Of a DNA stretch of 59,312 bases, positions 37,910-48,300 are shown piece by piece. The stretch lies in the NCBI GenBank assembly GCA_964611535.1, contig CAZTAE010000001.1, forward strand, positions 1 to 59,312, written 5' to 3'. Under the pieces are notes generated by a model, which saw only the letters and a list, made by a program, of their open reading frames with translations, did not search any database and was not told the origin of the DNA. Positions within the stretch are counted from its first letter, which is position 1. The number at the start of each line of letters is the position of its first letter. Origin of the DNA: an uncultured Woeseiaceae bacterium. GTDB taxonomy: Bacteria > Pseudomonadota > Gammaproteobacteria > Steroidobacterales > Woeseiaceae. A program made the position numbers and the translations under genes.

Positions 37910-38890
37910 TCAGAGCGGCACACGGATTTCGCCTTCGACCTCGCTCCTGTAGAAGTCGGCGAGCTTCCGGTGCAGCGCGGCCGGGAGCGGCTCGAGGCCG
38001 CTCGCGCTCGCGTTCTGCGACACCTGCTCGGGCCGGCTCGCCCCGGCGATGATCGTGCTGACCGCGGGGTAGTCGAGTATCCAGCGCAGCGCCGTCTGCG
38101 CCATCGACATGCCCTCGGGCAGCCATCGTTTCATCCGCTCTACGAGATCGATCGCCGTTTCGAACGGGATGCCCGAAAACGTCTCGCCCTGGCTGAAGGC
38201 TTCGCCGCGCCGGTTGTAGTGGCGGTGGTCCGTTTCGGCGAACTGCCTGTCGCGCGTCATCTTGCCGCTCAGCACGCCGCTCGCGAGCGGCAGCCGCACG
38301 ATGATGCCGACGTTCTTCGCCTCGGCGAGCGGGAAAAGCTCGTCGATCGCATTCTGGCGGAAGACGTTGAAAATGATCTGCAGCGAGGTCAGCGCCGGGC
38401 TGTCCATCGCAATCTTCGCTTCCTCGATCGTTTCGACGCTGGCGCCGAAGGCCCTGATGAGCCCCGTCGCCTGGAACTCCTCCATCCAGGCCAGCAGGTC
38501 GCCGGTCTTCAGTATCTCCGGCGGCACGCAGTGCAGTTGCACGAGATCGAGCGTGTCGAGGCCGAGCCGCCGGGCCGATTCTTCGATGCCGGCGCGCACC
38601 TTTTCTTTCGTGTAGCCGTCCGGATACAGCGCGCCGTCGCGCCCGACCTTCGTCGCCACGACAGGCGCGGCGCCGCGGTCTTTCAGGTACTGCCCGATGC
38701 GGCGCTCGCTCAAGCCCCCGCCGTAGACGTCGGCCGTGTCCCAGAAGGTGACGCCCTCCTGCGTCGCGGCGTCGAGTATCTCCTCTGCGCGATCGTCCTC
38801 CACCGGACCGAAATCCCCGCCCAGCTGCCAGCAGCCCAGGCCGATTTCGGAAACGGGCATACCGCTCTTGCCGAGCGTTCGGGTTTTCAT
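37910..38890 (-). CDS. Aldo/keto reductase
   Basis: 326 aa with MKTRTLGKSGMPVSEIGLGCWQLGG, FWDTADVYGGG and LDLVQLHC, typical AKR motifs. The start overlaps the upstream methyltransferase stop by 4 nt. Confidence 0.92.
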   Translation of the reverse strand: MKTRTLGKSGMPVSEIGLGCWQLGGDFGPVEDDRAEEILDAATQEGVTFWDTADVYGGGLSERRIGQYLKDRGAAPVVATKVGRDGALYPDGYTKEKVRAGIEESARRLGLDTLDLVQLHCVPPEILKTGDLLAWMEEFQATGLIRAFGASVETIEEAKIAMDSPALTSLQIIFNVFRQNAIDELFPLAEAKNVGIIVRLPLASGVLSGKMTRDRQFAETDHRHYNRRGEAFSQGETFSGIPFETAIDLVERMKRWLPEGMSMAQTALRWILDYPAVSTIIAGASRPEQVSQNASASGLEPLPAALHRKLADFYRSEVEGEIRVPL

Positions 38891-39528
38891 CGTCCGGCAC
38901 CTCGTGAGTTGTCGTTACCGCTCGCGCCGTCGCCGGCCTGCAAGACCAGCTGCGCCAGCGCCGCGCGCCGGCCGTCCGGATCGGTCACGATCCCTTCGCG
39001 ATAGTAGAGCAGCCTGCCACCGTCGCCGGCCGCGGCCAGGATATCCCGCAACAGCTCGTTGGGCCGCAACCGGAAGGCCCGTGTCTTCGGCCCGATCACG
39101 TCCTCGTCGGATGCCAGATGCTGCTCGTACACGATTATCCCGCCGGGACGGAGCCGCCGCAGCAGGTGGGGATACAGCTTGCGATTCACGTACCGCACGA
39201 CCACGATCAGGTCGTACGGCCCCTCCGGCAGCGTCTCGTCGGGAGATTCGTCGAGGTCCGCCTCGATCCAGGAGACGCCCAGCCCCCTCGCTTCGGCGTC
39301 CTCACGCGCCCGCGCGAGACCGGCCGCCGAGATGTCCGCGCCATCGACGTCCCAACCGCCCGTCGCCAGATAAAGGCTGTTTCGGCCGGCGCCGCAGGCG
39401 ACGTCCAGCGCCCGACCGGCCGGCAGCTCCGGGGCCCACTGTTCGAGCAAGGGCGTCGGGTGCTTGCGGTCGGCATAGGCCCCGCTCGCGTACTTCTCGT
39501 TCCAGCGGACGCGCTCCTCGTCGCTCAT
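38887..39528 (-). CDS. Class I SAM-dependent methyltransferase
   Basis: 213 aa with the SAM motif I ALDVACGAGRNSLYLA, followed by VDGADIS and DLIVVVRY. The start overlaps the aminotransferase stop by 4 nt. Confidence 0.85.
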   Translation of the reverse strand: MSDEERVRWNEKYASGAYADRKHPTPLLEQWAPELPAGRALDVACGAGRNSLYLATGGWDVDGADISAAGLARAREDAEARGLGVSWIEADLDESPDETLPEGPYDLIVVVRYVNRKLYPHLLRRLRPGGIIVYEQHLASDEDVIGPKTRAFRLRPNELLRDILAAAGDGGRLLYYREGIVTDPDGRRAALAQLVLQAGDGASGNDNSRGAGR

Positions 39529-40721
39529 GCGGTCCGCTCCCGCTCCAGCAGCCGGCGGGTGTTGCGCACGGCCTGGCGGATCCGGTGCTCGTTCTCCACC
39601 AGCGAGAACCGCACATAGCCTTCCCCCGCTCTGCCGAAGCCGACGCCCGGCGATACCGCGACGCCGGCGCCCGTCAGGAGGCGCTTCGAGAATTCCAGCG
39701 AGCCCAGGTCACGGTGCGACTCCGGTATCTTCGCCCAGACGAACATCGTCGCCGCCGGCTTCCCGATCGGCCATTGGCCCGGACCCGGCTTCGACAGGCC
39801 CTCCACCAGCCGGTCGCGGCGGGCCTGGTAGATGGCGCAATGCTCGCCGACGCAGGCCTGCGGGCCGCGCAGCGCCTCGATCGCCCCGACCTGGATCGGC
39901 GTCGGTATGCCGTAGTCCAGGTAGCTCTTCATGCGCGCCAGCGCCTGGATCATCCCGGCATTGCCGCAGGCGAAGCCCACCCGCCACCCCGCCATCGAAT
40001 GGCTCTTCGACAGCGACGTGAACTCGATGCCGACGTCGGACGCCCCCGGCACCTGCAGCAGGCTGGGCGGCCGATAACCGTCGAACGCCAGTTCGGCGTA
40101 GGCGAAATCGTGCAGCACCATCACGCCGTACTCCCGGGCCAGCCGCACGATCCGCTCGAAGAACGCCGGCGATGCGCAGAGCGTCGTCGGGTTGTGCGGA
40201 AACGAAATGATCAACAGTTTCGGCCGCAACTGCGGCACCACCCGTTCGAGGTCCGCCAGAAAAGCCTCGCTGTCGATCAGCGGCAGCGTCTCGAGCCGGC
40301 CGCCCGCGATCGTCACCGAGTACTGGTGGATCGGATATCCCGGATCCGGGCACAGCACCGCGTCGCCCGGCCCCACCGTCATCAGCACGAAATGCGCGAG
40401 ACCCTCCTTGGAACCGATCAGCGCGATCGCCTCCTCGTCCGGATCGAGCCTGACCTCGTAATTGCGCGCATACCACTCCGAGATGGCGGCCCGCAGGTTC
40501 GGAATGCCGCGGGAGCTCGAATAGCGATGCGTGCGGGGGTTCCCCGCCACTTCACGGATCTTCGCGACGACGTGCTCCGGCGTCGCAAGATCCGGATTGC
40601 CCATGCCGAGGTCGACGACGTCCTCGCCCGCCCGGCGCGCCGCCTGCATCAGCTCGGTCACCTGGGCGAAGACGTAGGGCGGCAGCTTGTCGAAGCGGTG
40701 AAACTTGTGTGCGCTTGTCAT
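39525..40721 (-). CDS. Pyridoxal-phosphate-dependent aminotransferase, class I/II (AlaC/LL-DAP-aminotransferase-like)
   Basis: In-frame ATG at 40721 within ORF 39525..40808 gives MTSAHKFHRFDKLPPYVFAQVTELMQAARRAGEDVVDLGMGNPD. Further motifs are YSSSRGIPNLR, SFPHNPT and the PLP lysine context SLSKSHSMAGWR. Confidence 0.9.
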   Translation of the reverse strand: MTSAHKFHRFDKLPPYVFAQVTELMQAARRAGEDVVDLGMGNPDLATPEHVVAKIREVAGNPRTHRYSSSRGIPNLRAAISEWYARNYEVRLDPDEEAIALIGSKEGLAHFVLMTVGPGDAVLCPDPGYPIHQYSVTIAGGRLETLPLIDSEAFLADLERVVPQLRPKLLIISFPHNPTTLCASPAFFERIVRLAREYGVMVLHDFAYAELAFDGYRPPSLLQVPGASDVGIEFTSLSKSHSMAGWRVGFACGNAGMIQALARMKSYLDYGIPTPIQVGAIEALRGPQACVGEHCAIYQARRDRLVEGLSKPGPGQWPIGKPAATMFVWAKIPESHRDLGSLEFSKRLLTGAGVAVSPGVGFGRAGEGYVRFSLVENEHRIRQAVRNTRRLLERERTA

Positions 40722-40826
40722 TATTCCCGGCAGCAGCGATTTCCCGGTCGCTCGACGAATATCCGGGATGCGCGCGGCGCTTGCAAGTGGCCCGCGGCGG
40801 CAGCGCAAGCGCGCCGACCATTGCCT

Positions 40827-43058
40827 CTACGGTCTCAGCGTGCTCAGCACGTCGCTGTAGTCGTCCGTCCACAGGCGTTCCGTGTCGGTCGGCGGCAGCG
40901 GCGCGGCCACGACATGCTGCGGCGGCTCCGCACCGGGTATCCACTCTCCCTCGACGAGCAACATCCACTCGGATCTCGAGCTCACGCCCGTATCGACCAC
41001 AGTCGTCACCAGGAGCGCCCGCCTGTCGAAGAACGATGCCAGGTTGCCGATCACCGGTGACAGGTCGAGGTAGCTGTTCGTCACGTGAAATGCGAGGACG
41101 CCGCCGCGCTTGACGTGAGCAAGATACGTCCGCAGCGCCTCACGCGTCAGGAGATGCACCGGAATGGCGCCGCTGCTGAACGCGTCGATGACGAGCACGT
41201 CGTACTCCCGGCTGCCGATCCGCTCGAGCTCGCGTTCGAGCGAGATCCGCCCGTCCCCCGGCACGACGTCGGTCCTCGCGGCGGAATCGCGCAGGAACGA
41301 GAAGTGCGTCCGCGACAGCTCGACGACCGCTGGATTGAGCTCGTAGAACCGGAACAAGTCACCCGGCTCGCCCCACGCAGCGAGTGTGCCTGTGCCGAGG
41401 CCGACCACGCCGACGTGCAGGCCGGCGTCACCGCGGTCGATATGTTGCATGACCAGCCCGATGCCCGTTCTGCGGCCGTAGTAGCTGGTCGGCAGCATCC
41501 TGCGGCCCTCGTCCAGGAGCTGGAATCCGTGGATGGTGGTGCCGTCGATCAGGACCCGGCGCGGCGGATCGGCATCGTCCGTGATATCGCGCACCTTGAG
41601 CACGCCGTAGAAGTTGCGCGTGCTGGCGACGTTGTACTCCGGCCGCAACCCGTCGAGCACCGCGACGAGCGCCGGAAATGCGAGCAGCCCCGTTGCCCAA
41701 CCGGCTGCAAACAGGCGCCGGCTCCAGCGATCCACCATCGCCTGCCGCGCGGCGGGTCGGAGCCGATCGCCAGGGGCTTTCCCGCGCCCTTCGCGCAGGA
41801 CGAGCACGCCGAATGCAAGATAGAGGACGTACGCGGCTGCGAGGGCTTCCCAGTACCTGACGAAAACCGCCGGTGCGACCAGCGAGACCAGCGCGCCGCC
41901 CGCGGCGCCGCCGGCAGCGATCAGCAGATAGTACAGACTGAGCTGCCGCGGCTCCGGCCGCAGCCGGTAGAGCTCGCCGTGGCAGACCATGCAGAGACAG
42001 AAAAGCACGAGCAGCCACGCGATCACCGCGGGCACGATCGGAAAGGCGCTGCCGAAGAAATCCAGGATGATCAGCGTGCTGCCGCCGACGACCAGCAGCG
42101 AGCCCCAGACGGGTCTGTCGTACCAGCGCTCGCCGCTGAAGCAGACGATCCAGGTCAGGAGATAGATCACCAGCGGCAGAATCCAGAGGAACGGGACGGG
42201 CGCGAGGTTCTGCGTGATCTGGTTGGTGACCGCGAGCAGCAGCGCAACGCCACAGGCGGCGAGCGCGACGCCCGATGCTGCCGCCGTGCCTGACAGGCGC
42301 TCCCTCCGGTCCGTGATGCCCGGCGCCTCCGCCGTGCGGCTGGCCCGAGCGGCCGCGTCGTGGCGGAGCCGGAGCATCCGGCAGGCGGCCAGGGACGCAG
42401 CAAGGAATACGAGGTAAGCTGCCGACCAGGTCAGCGTCTGGGCACGCAGCGCCATGTTGGGCTCCACCAGGAACGGATAGGTGAGGAGCGCCGCCAGTGC
42501 GCCGGCGTTGGACAGCGCATACAGGCGCCAGGGCGGACGTGCCGGCCGGGTCAGCGTCGACCAGCGCTGGATCAGGGGCGCGGTGCTCGCGAGCATGACG
42601 AACGGCATGCCGATCGTCGCCAGCAGGATGAGCAGGATCAGCCCTCCCGGATGTGCGGCCGTCGTGTCGAAACCTTCGGCCGCCAGGGAGACCGGCAGGA
42701 ACAGCGCGGACAGCACCAGCAAGGCCGCGTGCACCAGCGCCTGTCGCCGCGGATGCAGCGCGTTGGTCAGCAGGTGCGTGTAGCCGTAGCCGGCAAGCAG
42801 CATGGCCTGGAAGAAGAACATGCAGGTGATCCAGACGGACGCGCCGCCGCCGAACGCCGGGAGCAGCAGCTTGCCGACGATGGGCTGGATCTGGAATACC
42901 AGGACGGCTCCCGCGAGAACGGCCACCGCATAGACCGCCGCGTCGCCCCGCGATATCGCCTTCCCGGTCACACGTTCGCTCCCTTCTCGCAGGTATTGGC
43001 CAGTCCGATGGTAACGGAGAAGCAGGGGGTGCAGCCGGCCTGCCGGACCGGTATGCAT
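40827..43058 (-). CDS. Polytopic membrane protein fused to a spermidine-synthase-like (class I methyltransferase-fold) domain
   Basis: 743-aa ORF. About 450 N-terminal residues form many hydrophobic helices. The C-terminal part reads RVLIDGTTIHG...VGVVGLGTGTLAAWGEPGDLFRFYELNPAVVELSR...DVLVIDAFSS, resembling polyamine aminopropyltransferases. The exact start is uncertain. Confidence 0.75.
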   Translation of the reverse strand: MHTGPAGRLHPLLLRYHRTGQYLREGSERVTGKAISRGDAAVYAVAVLAGAVLVFQIQPIVGKLLLPAFGGGASVWITCMFFFQAMLLAGYGYTHLLTNALHPRRQALVHAALLVLSALFLPVSLAAEGFDTTAAHPGGLILLILLATIGMPFVMLASTAPLIQRWSTLTRPARPPWRLYALSNAGALAALLTYPFLVEPNMALRAQTLTWSAAYLVFLAASLAACRMLRLRHDAAARASRTAEAPGITDRRERLSGTAAASGVALAACGVALLLAVTNQITQNLAPVPFLWILPLVIYLLTWIVCFSGERWYDRPVWGSLLVVGGSTLIILDFFGSAFPIVPAVIAWLLVLFCLCMVCHGELYRLRPEPRQLSLYYLLIAAGGAAGGALVSLVAPAVFVRYWEALAAAYVLYLAFGVLVLREGRGKAPGDRLRPAARQAMVDRWSRRLFAAGWATGLLAFPALVAVLDGLRPEYNVASTRNFYGVLKVRDITDDADPPRRVLIDGTTIHGFQLLDEGRRMLPTSYYGRRTGIGLVMQHIDRGDAGLHVGVVGLGTGTLAAWGEPGDLFRFYELNPAVVELSRTHFSFLRDSAARTDVVPGDGRISLERELERIGSREYDVLVIDAFSSGAIPVHLLTREALRTYLAHVKRGGVLAFHVTNSYLDLSPVIGNLASFFDRRALLVTTVVDTGVSSRSEWMLLVEGEWIPGAEPPQHVVAAPLPPTDTERLWTDDYSDVLSTLRP

Positions 43059-43163
43059 TGACAGGTCCGCCGCCTCTGCTACGGTAGCGCTACCAGTCCG
43101 CGGCGGGGGGCGTCAACCGGCCGCGGGCGGCACAACGGGCCGCGTCGGCCCCGGGAGCCCGCC

Positions 43164-44249
43164 ATGAAGCCTCTCTACCTGAGCCTGATCTGCTGCCTCG
43201 TGCTGCCCGGCTGTTCGGCGCCCCCGGACAGCGGCACGGAAGCGGTGGCGCCGGACAACCGCCCGGCGCTGAAGTCGCTGGTAGACTTCCCCATCGGCGT
43301 CGCGGTGCCGGCCGGACCCGCGGGCAACAGCCTGCTGGACAGCCCGGAACGCCAGTCGCTGGTGAACCGGCACTTCGACAGCCTCACGGCCGAAAACATC
43401 ATGAAGATGCGCTACCTGCAGCCGGAACCGGAAGCCTTCGTCCTGGAACACGCGGATGCACTGGCCGACTATGCGCAGGAACACGGCATGCTGCTCCACG
43501 GCCACGTGCTGGTCTGGCACACCCAGGCTCCGCGATGGATGAACGAGTTCGCCGGCACGCGCGAGCAGTTTCTCGCGGTGCTCGAGGACCATGTCCGCAC
43601 GGTGGCGGCACACTTCTCCGGCAGGGTCGCGAGCTGGGACGTCGTGAACGAGGCGTTCGACGATGAGGATCCCGCCGGCTACCGGCAAACCATCTGGTAC
43701 GAGAACATCGGGCCGGAGTACATCGAGCTCGCCTTTCGGCTGGCGCGCGATCAGGACCCGAAGGCCGATCTCTATTACAACGACTACGGCATCTCCGGCG
43801 GCGGGTCCAAGCTCGACCGCGTTCTCGAGATGATCGACGATTTCCGGGCGCGCGGAGTTCCGCTCGATGGCATCGGTTTCCAGATGCACATCGACACGGA
43901 AAGGCCGAGGCTCGAGGCCGTGCGCGAATCCTTCGCCCGTGCGGCCGAGCGCGGCATCAAGGTCCGGATCTCCGAGCTGGACGTTTCCGTCAATCTGGAG
44001 AGCGCCTGGTCCGAATTCACTCCGGAACTGGCCGAGCGGCAACGGCAGCGGTACGCGGACGTGGCGCGGGCGTACCGGGACAGCGTGCCTCCCGCGCTGC
44101 GGGGCGGCATTACCCTGTGGGGCATCACCGATGCGGACAGCTGGATCCCGGGGTTTCGGGATCGACCGGACTGGCCGCTGCTGTTCGACGCCGACTTCCG
44201 GGTCAAGCCCGCCTTCGACGGGCTGGCGGAGGGCCTGACCGGCCCCTGA
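43164..44249 (+). CDS. Endo-1,4-beta-xylanase, glycoside hydrolase family 10 (lipoprotein)
   Basis: 361 aa with the lipobox LVLPGCS. GH10 motifs are GHVLVWHTQAPRW, WDVVNEAF (acid/base Glu), YYNDY and ISELDV (nucleophile Glu). Confidence 0.92.
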   Translation: MKPLYLSLICCLVLPGCSAPPDSGTEAVAPDNRPALKSLVDFPIGVAVPAGPAGNSLLDSPERQSLVNRHFDSLTAENIMKMRYLQPEPEAFVLEHADALADYAQEHGMLLHGHVLVWHTQAPRWMNEFAGTREQFLAVLEDHVRTVAAHFSGRVASWDVVNEAFDDEDPAGYRQTIWYENIGPEYIELAFRLARDQDPKADLYYNDYGISGGGSKLDRVLEMIDDFRARGVPLDGIGFQMHIDTERPRLEAVRESFARAAERGIKVRISELDVSVNLESAWSEFTPELAERQRQRYADVARAYRDSVPPALRGGITLWGITDADSWIPGFRDRPDWPLLFDADFRVKPAFDGLAEGLTGP

Positions 44250-44263
44250 GGCCTGCGACGACC

Positions 44264-45331
44264 ATGGACCCCGCGCTGCCCCACGTCAGCATCGCCGAGC
44301 ACGTCACGCCGCGGACGTTTCGCGAGGAGATCGTCCCGGGCAACCGGCCGGTGCTCCTCAAGGGCGTGGTTGCGCACTGGCCGGCCGTGCGCGAGGGAAA
44401 CCGGTCACCGGAAGCGCTGGTCGCCTACGTCAGGCGCTTCGACCAGGGCAAGCCGGTGGAGACGATCCTGGGCTCACCGGACATCGACGGGAAGTTCTTC
44501 TACAACGAGCGGCTGGACGGCCTGAACTTCGAGCGCAGGCCGCAACCGGTCGGCGCTTCCGCCGAGCGCATCGTCGGGCTGCGCGGGCAGGAAAGGCCGC
44601 CGTCGATATACATCCAGTCGGCGTCCATTCCCGAATTCCTGCCGGGCTTCGCGACCGAAAACACACTGGACCTCGTCGACCCGGCGGTGGTGCCGCGCAT
44701 CTGGATCGGCAATCGTCTGACGGTACAGACGCACTTCGACCTGAGCGAAAACATCGCCTGCGTGGTAGCCGGACGCCGGCGCTTCACGCTCTTCCCGCCG
44801 GAGCAGACTCCGAACCTCTACCCGGGACCGTTCGAGCTGACGCTGGCGGGACCGCCGGTCAGCATGGTCCGGCTGGACGCGCCCGACCCGGCGGCCTACC
44901 CCCGCTTCGCCGCGGCGCTGGAGCACGCCCTGGTTGCCGAGGCGGAGCCCGGCGACGCGGTCTATATCCCCTACTTCTGGTGGCACCACGTCCGGACGCT
45001 CGATGACCTGAACGTCCTCGTCAATTTCTGGTGGAACGAGGCCGAGCCCGACCTGGGTTCGCCCTTCGATGCGCTGCTGCACGCGATACTCGCGATCCGC
45101 GACCTGCCGGAGCACCAGCGCGCCGCCTGGCGGACGATGTTCGAGCACTACGCCTTCGGCGTGAACGGCGACCCGGTGGAGCACCTGCCGCCGGCGGCGC
45201 GCGGCGCGCTGGGGGCGCACAATCCACCGATGCGGCAGAAGATCCGGATGATGCTGCTCAACGCGATCGGCCGGCAGGCCGGCCTGCGACCCGCCGGCAG
45301 GCCGCCGGCAGGCGGCCGCCGGAACGGCTGA
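44264..45331 (+). CDS. JmjC/cupin-like domain protein (putative Fe(II)/2-oxoglutarate oxygenase)
   Basis: In-frame ATG at 44264 within ORF 44117..45331, 14 nt after the GH10 stop. It has the cupin_8-like strings FREEIVPGNRPVLLKGVVAHWPA and TVQTHFDLSEN (HxD), plus the distal DAVYIPYFWWHHV (His). Confidence 0.8.
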   Translation: MDPALPHVSIAEHVTPRTFREEIVPGNRPVLLKGVVAHWPAVREGNRSPEALVAYVRRFDQGKPVETILGSPDIDGKFFYNERLDGLNFERRPQPVGASAERIVGLRGQERPPSIYIQSASIPEFLPGFATENTLDLVDPAVVPRIWIGNRLTVQTHFDLSENIACVVAGRRRFTLFPPEQTPNLYPGPFELTLAGPPVSMVRLDAPDPAAYPRFAAALEHALVAEAEPGDAVYIPYFWWHHVRTLDDLNVLVNFWWNEAEPDLGSPFDALLHAILAIRDLPEHQRAAWRTMFEHYAFGVNGDPVEHLPPAARGALGAHNPPMRQKIRMMLLNAIGRQAGLRPAGRPPAGGRRNG

Positions 45332-45394
45332 GACCGCCGGCCACGGAGACCGGCCGGTCCTCCTCCGCCTGGCAGGCGGCGCCGTCCCGCCGCG

Positions 45395-48300
45395 CTACTC
45401 GCCGAAGTAACCCCTCAGGATCAGGGTGTACCGCCGGTCGTTCATGAACCAGCTGCGCGGTGCCGTCTGCAGGTCATCGTTCAGGACCGCCGAGGTCCGG
45501 ATCGTCTCGTTGAGCAGATTCACGCCCTGCACACCCAGCTTCCACCGGTCGCTGAAGTTATAGAAGACCGACGCGTCCAGCTGCCCCGTCGCCTCGTGCA
45601 TGATCGGCTGGAACGGCACGATCACGTCGCGAATGGTCAGCAGGAACTCGTCGCGCCAGGACCAGGCCAGCCGCGCGGACCAGTTCTGGTGGTCGTAAAA
45701 CGGCGCGAGATTGACGGTGTGCCGGGACAGGCCCTCCAGCGGGAGCCTGCTGATGTCGACCACCGCCTGATTCCCGGCGGAGACGTCCGGATCCGTCTCG
45801 GACAGCGTACTTTGCGGGACGTTCTTCGAGTCGATGTAGGTGTAGTTCGCGGCCAGCCCCAGCCCGTCCAGCCATGCCGGCAGGAACTCGTAGGTCTGCT
45901 GGTACGACACCTCGAAACCCTGGATCTCGCCCTCCTCCTGCGAATTCACCGCCGTGGTGACGATGGCGTCGAACGTGGCGCCGTTGTTCGTGAACGTCTG
46001 CCGCTGCACGTCGTTCGTGCGTATGTTGGACAGGGTCTTGTGGAACAGCGCCAGGCTCAACTGTCCGACCTCCGAGAAATACCATTCGAAGGTCAGGTCG
46101 TAGTTGTCCGACTCGACCGGCTTGAGGAAGGGATTGCCCGCCTCGAAGCGGCCTATCGGCCTGCCGCCGCCGGCCACGATATCGTCGGCGTTCGTCTGCA
46201 GGTTGATGTTGTAGAAGGCGCGGGTCAGGCCGAAGTCCGGAGGCGCGACGCCCTTGAAGTACGCCGCGCGGAACTGCACGCCCTCGGCCACTTCGAGCTT
46301 CAGGTTGATGCTCGGCAGCCAGTAGTCGTAGTCGAGCTCGGCCGTGAACGGAACCATCGAGCCGTCGGCGAAGTTCCGTGCATCCTGGCGGACTTCGAAC
46401 GGCAGCCCGCAGAAGGGACTCACCTCCTGTCCCATCTCCGGGACGCAATCCTCCTCGGTAGCGAATTCCTGGAAATTGAAGACCTGGAAGCCGCTGGCCT
46501 CGCGGGTCGTCTCCGAGTAGCGGAGTCCGAGGTTGCCGGAGAGGTTCCAGCCGTTGTCGAGGATGCTGTCGAAGCTGACCATAAAGTAGGCCGCGTTGTT
46601 GGTCTCGAGCACCGGGTTGACCTCGCTCGGCAGGAACCAGCCGTCGGTCCCCGGCCGCTCGGCGAGCGGTACCCACGACGCGCTGTCGCCCCATTCCTCC
46701 GCGATGGCCATGGCATAGTCCGCGTACGCCTGGTAGTCGCCGGTGATGCTGTCGGCGTAAAAGAGCCGCCCGGAGCCTGCCAGCGGATTGGGCGTATCGC
46801 CGTCGAAGAAGTTGTCGAAGAAGAACGGCTCGAAATTCTGCACCGGCGCCTCGTCGAACCAGACGGGTCCGCCTGCGCCCCAGATCTCGCTCAGGCTGCC
46901 CCAGTTGTACGTCGAGAAGCGCGCGGTCTGATCGCGCTCGGCGTACCGGTAACCGAAGCGGATCGACTCGAGCCAGTCGCTGTCGTGCAGCAGGCGTTCG
47001 GCGTCGATGCGGATCGCATCGGAGGTCCCCTCGCTCTCCTCCACGTGGTCCATCGCCGCGCGATAGAAGGAGTTATAGGGATCGGTGAAGCTGTCGTTGC
47101 CGGCCTGGAAGTAGGTCGGGCACTGGTCCGACGGCGGGCCGTCGCAAAGTATCGGTGGCGTGAACTCGACGGTCGGCAGGTCGCTGCCGTCCATGTCGAT
47201 GCGGGCGTTCTGATAGGTCGAGCCCCAGAGCGTCACATCGAGGTTGTCGACGGTCGAGTCGACATGCTGGTAGTCGAAACTCAACGCCCAGTCCTCGCTG
47301 ACGTTCCAGATGAAGTTGAGGCCGAAGTCGTCGGTGACGAACTTCTGGTCGACTTCGCGATGGATGTTGTTGCTCTGCAGGCCGAAGATCGGCGTCCGCG
47401 GATCGGCGGTGAACTGGTCGTCCCGCCAGCCCGTGGGGCCGGTGATGAAGCCGCTGTCGAACAGCCCGCTGTCGTCGAACTCGAAGGTCGTGCCGGGCAC
47501 GGCCCGCGAATCGCCCTGGTCCGTAACGACGTCCGTGGCGATCTCGACCACCCGCTCCGTCCAGGCCTCGCGGGAGTCCGAACGCAGGAACTGGAAGGTC
47601 GCCTCCATGCGGTTGTCCGGACTGCGCCACTGCAGCGCCGCGGAATAGCCGTAACGCTCGCGATCGAACTCCTGGGTGCCCATGACGGCGCCGCGCGGGA
47701 AGATCACCGTATCGACGGGCGTCTCGCCGCCGCCGGTGTCGACGACGTCGCCGGACGAAAAGAGCGTGCGCTCGGCGAAGTTCGAGACCTGGAAACGGTC
47801 CGCCCGCGACAGCACCTGCGAGTAGACGAAACTGCCCAGCAGCCCGAACTCGCCGTAGTCGGTGTCCCACCGATAGCTACCGAGCGCGGAACCGGTGGGC
47901 GAGTAATCCTCGATGAAATCGCCGTAGTTGCCCTCCAGCGAGAAGGCGAACATCGGATCCTGGCTGTCGAACGGCTTGCGCGTCCGCAGGTTGACGGTGC
48001 CGGCGATGCCGCCCTCGATGCGGTCGGCGGAGAGGCTCTTGAAGACGTCGACGCCGACCAGGAGCTCCGGCGGGACGTCGGCGAAGCTCAGGCCCCGGCC
48101 GTTGTTGGCGGTGAAGGAATCGCGCCCGTTGACTTCGCTCCGGACGTAGGTGAGGCCGCGAACGACGACGCCGCTGCCCTCCACCGAGAAGTGATCGGGA
48201 TCGCGGCCGGCGGCGAAGCGGTTGATCGCCACGCCGGGAATCCGCTGCAGGGTTTCGGTGACGGAGCGGTCCGGGAGTGCACCGATGTCCTCGGCCGTGA

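Noticed and set aside
38736-41060. 774-aa plus-strand ORF
   Set aside because: It is antisense to the methyltransferase, the aminotransferase and the end of the SpeE-like gene. The sequence is extremely Arg/Pro/Ala-rich.
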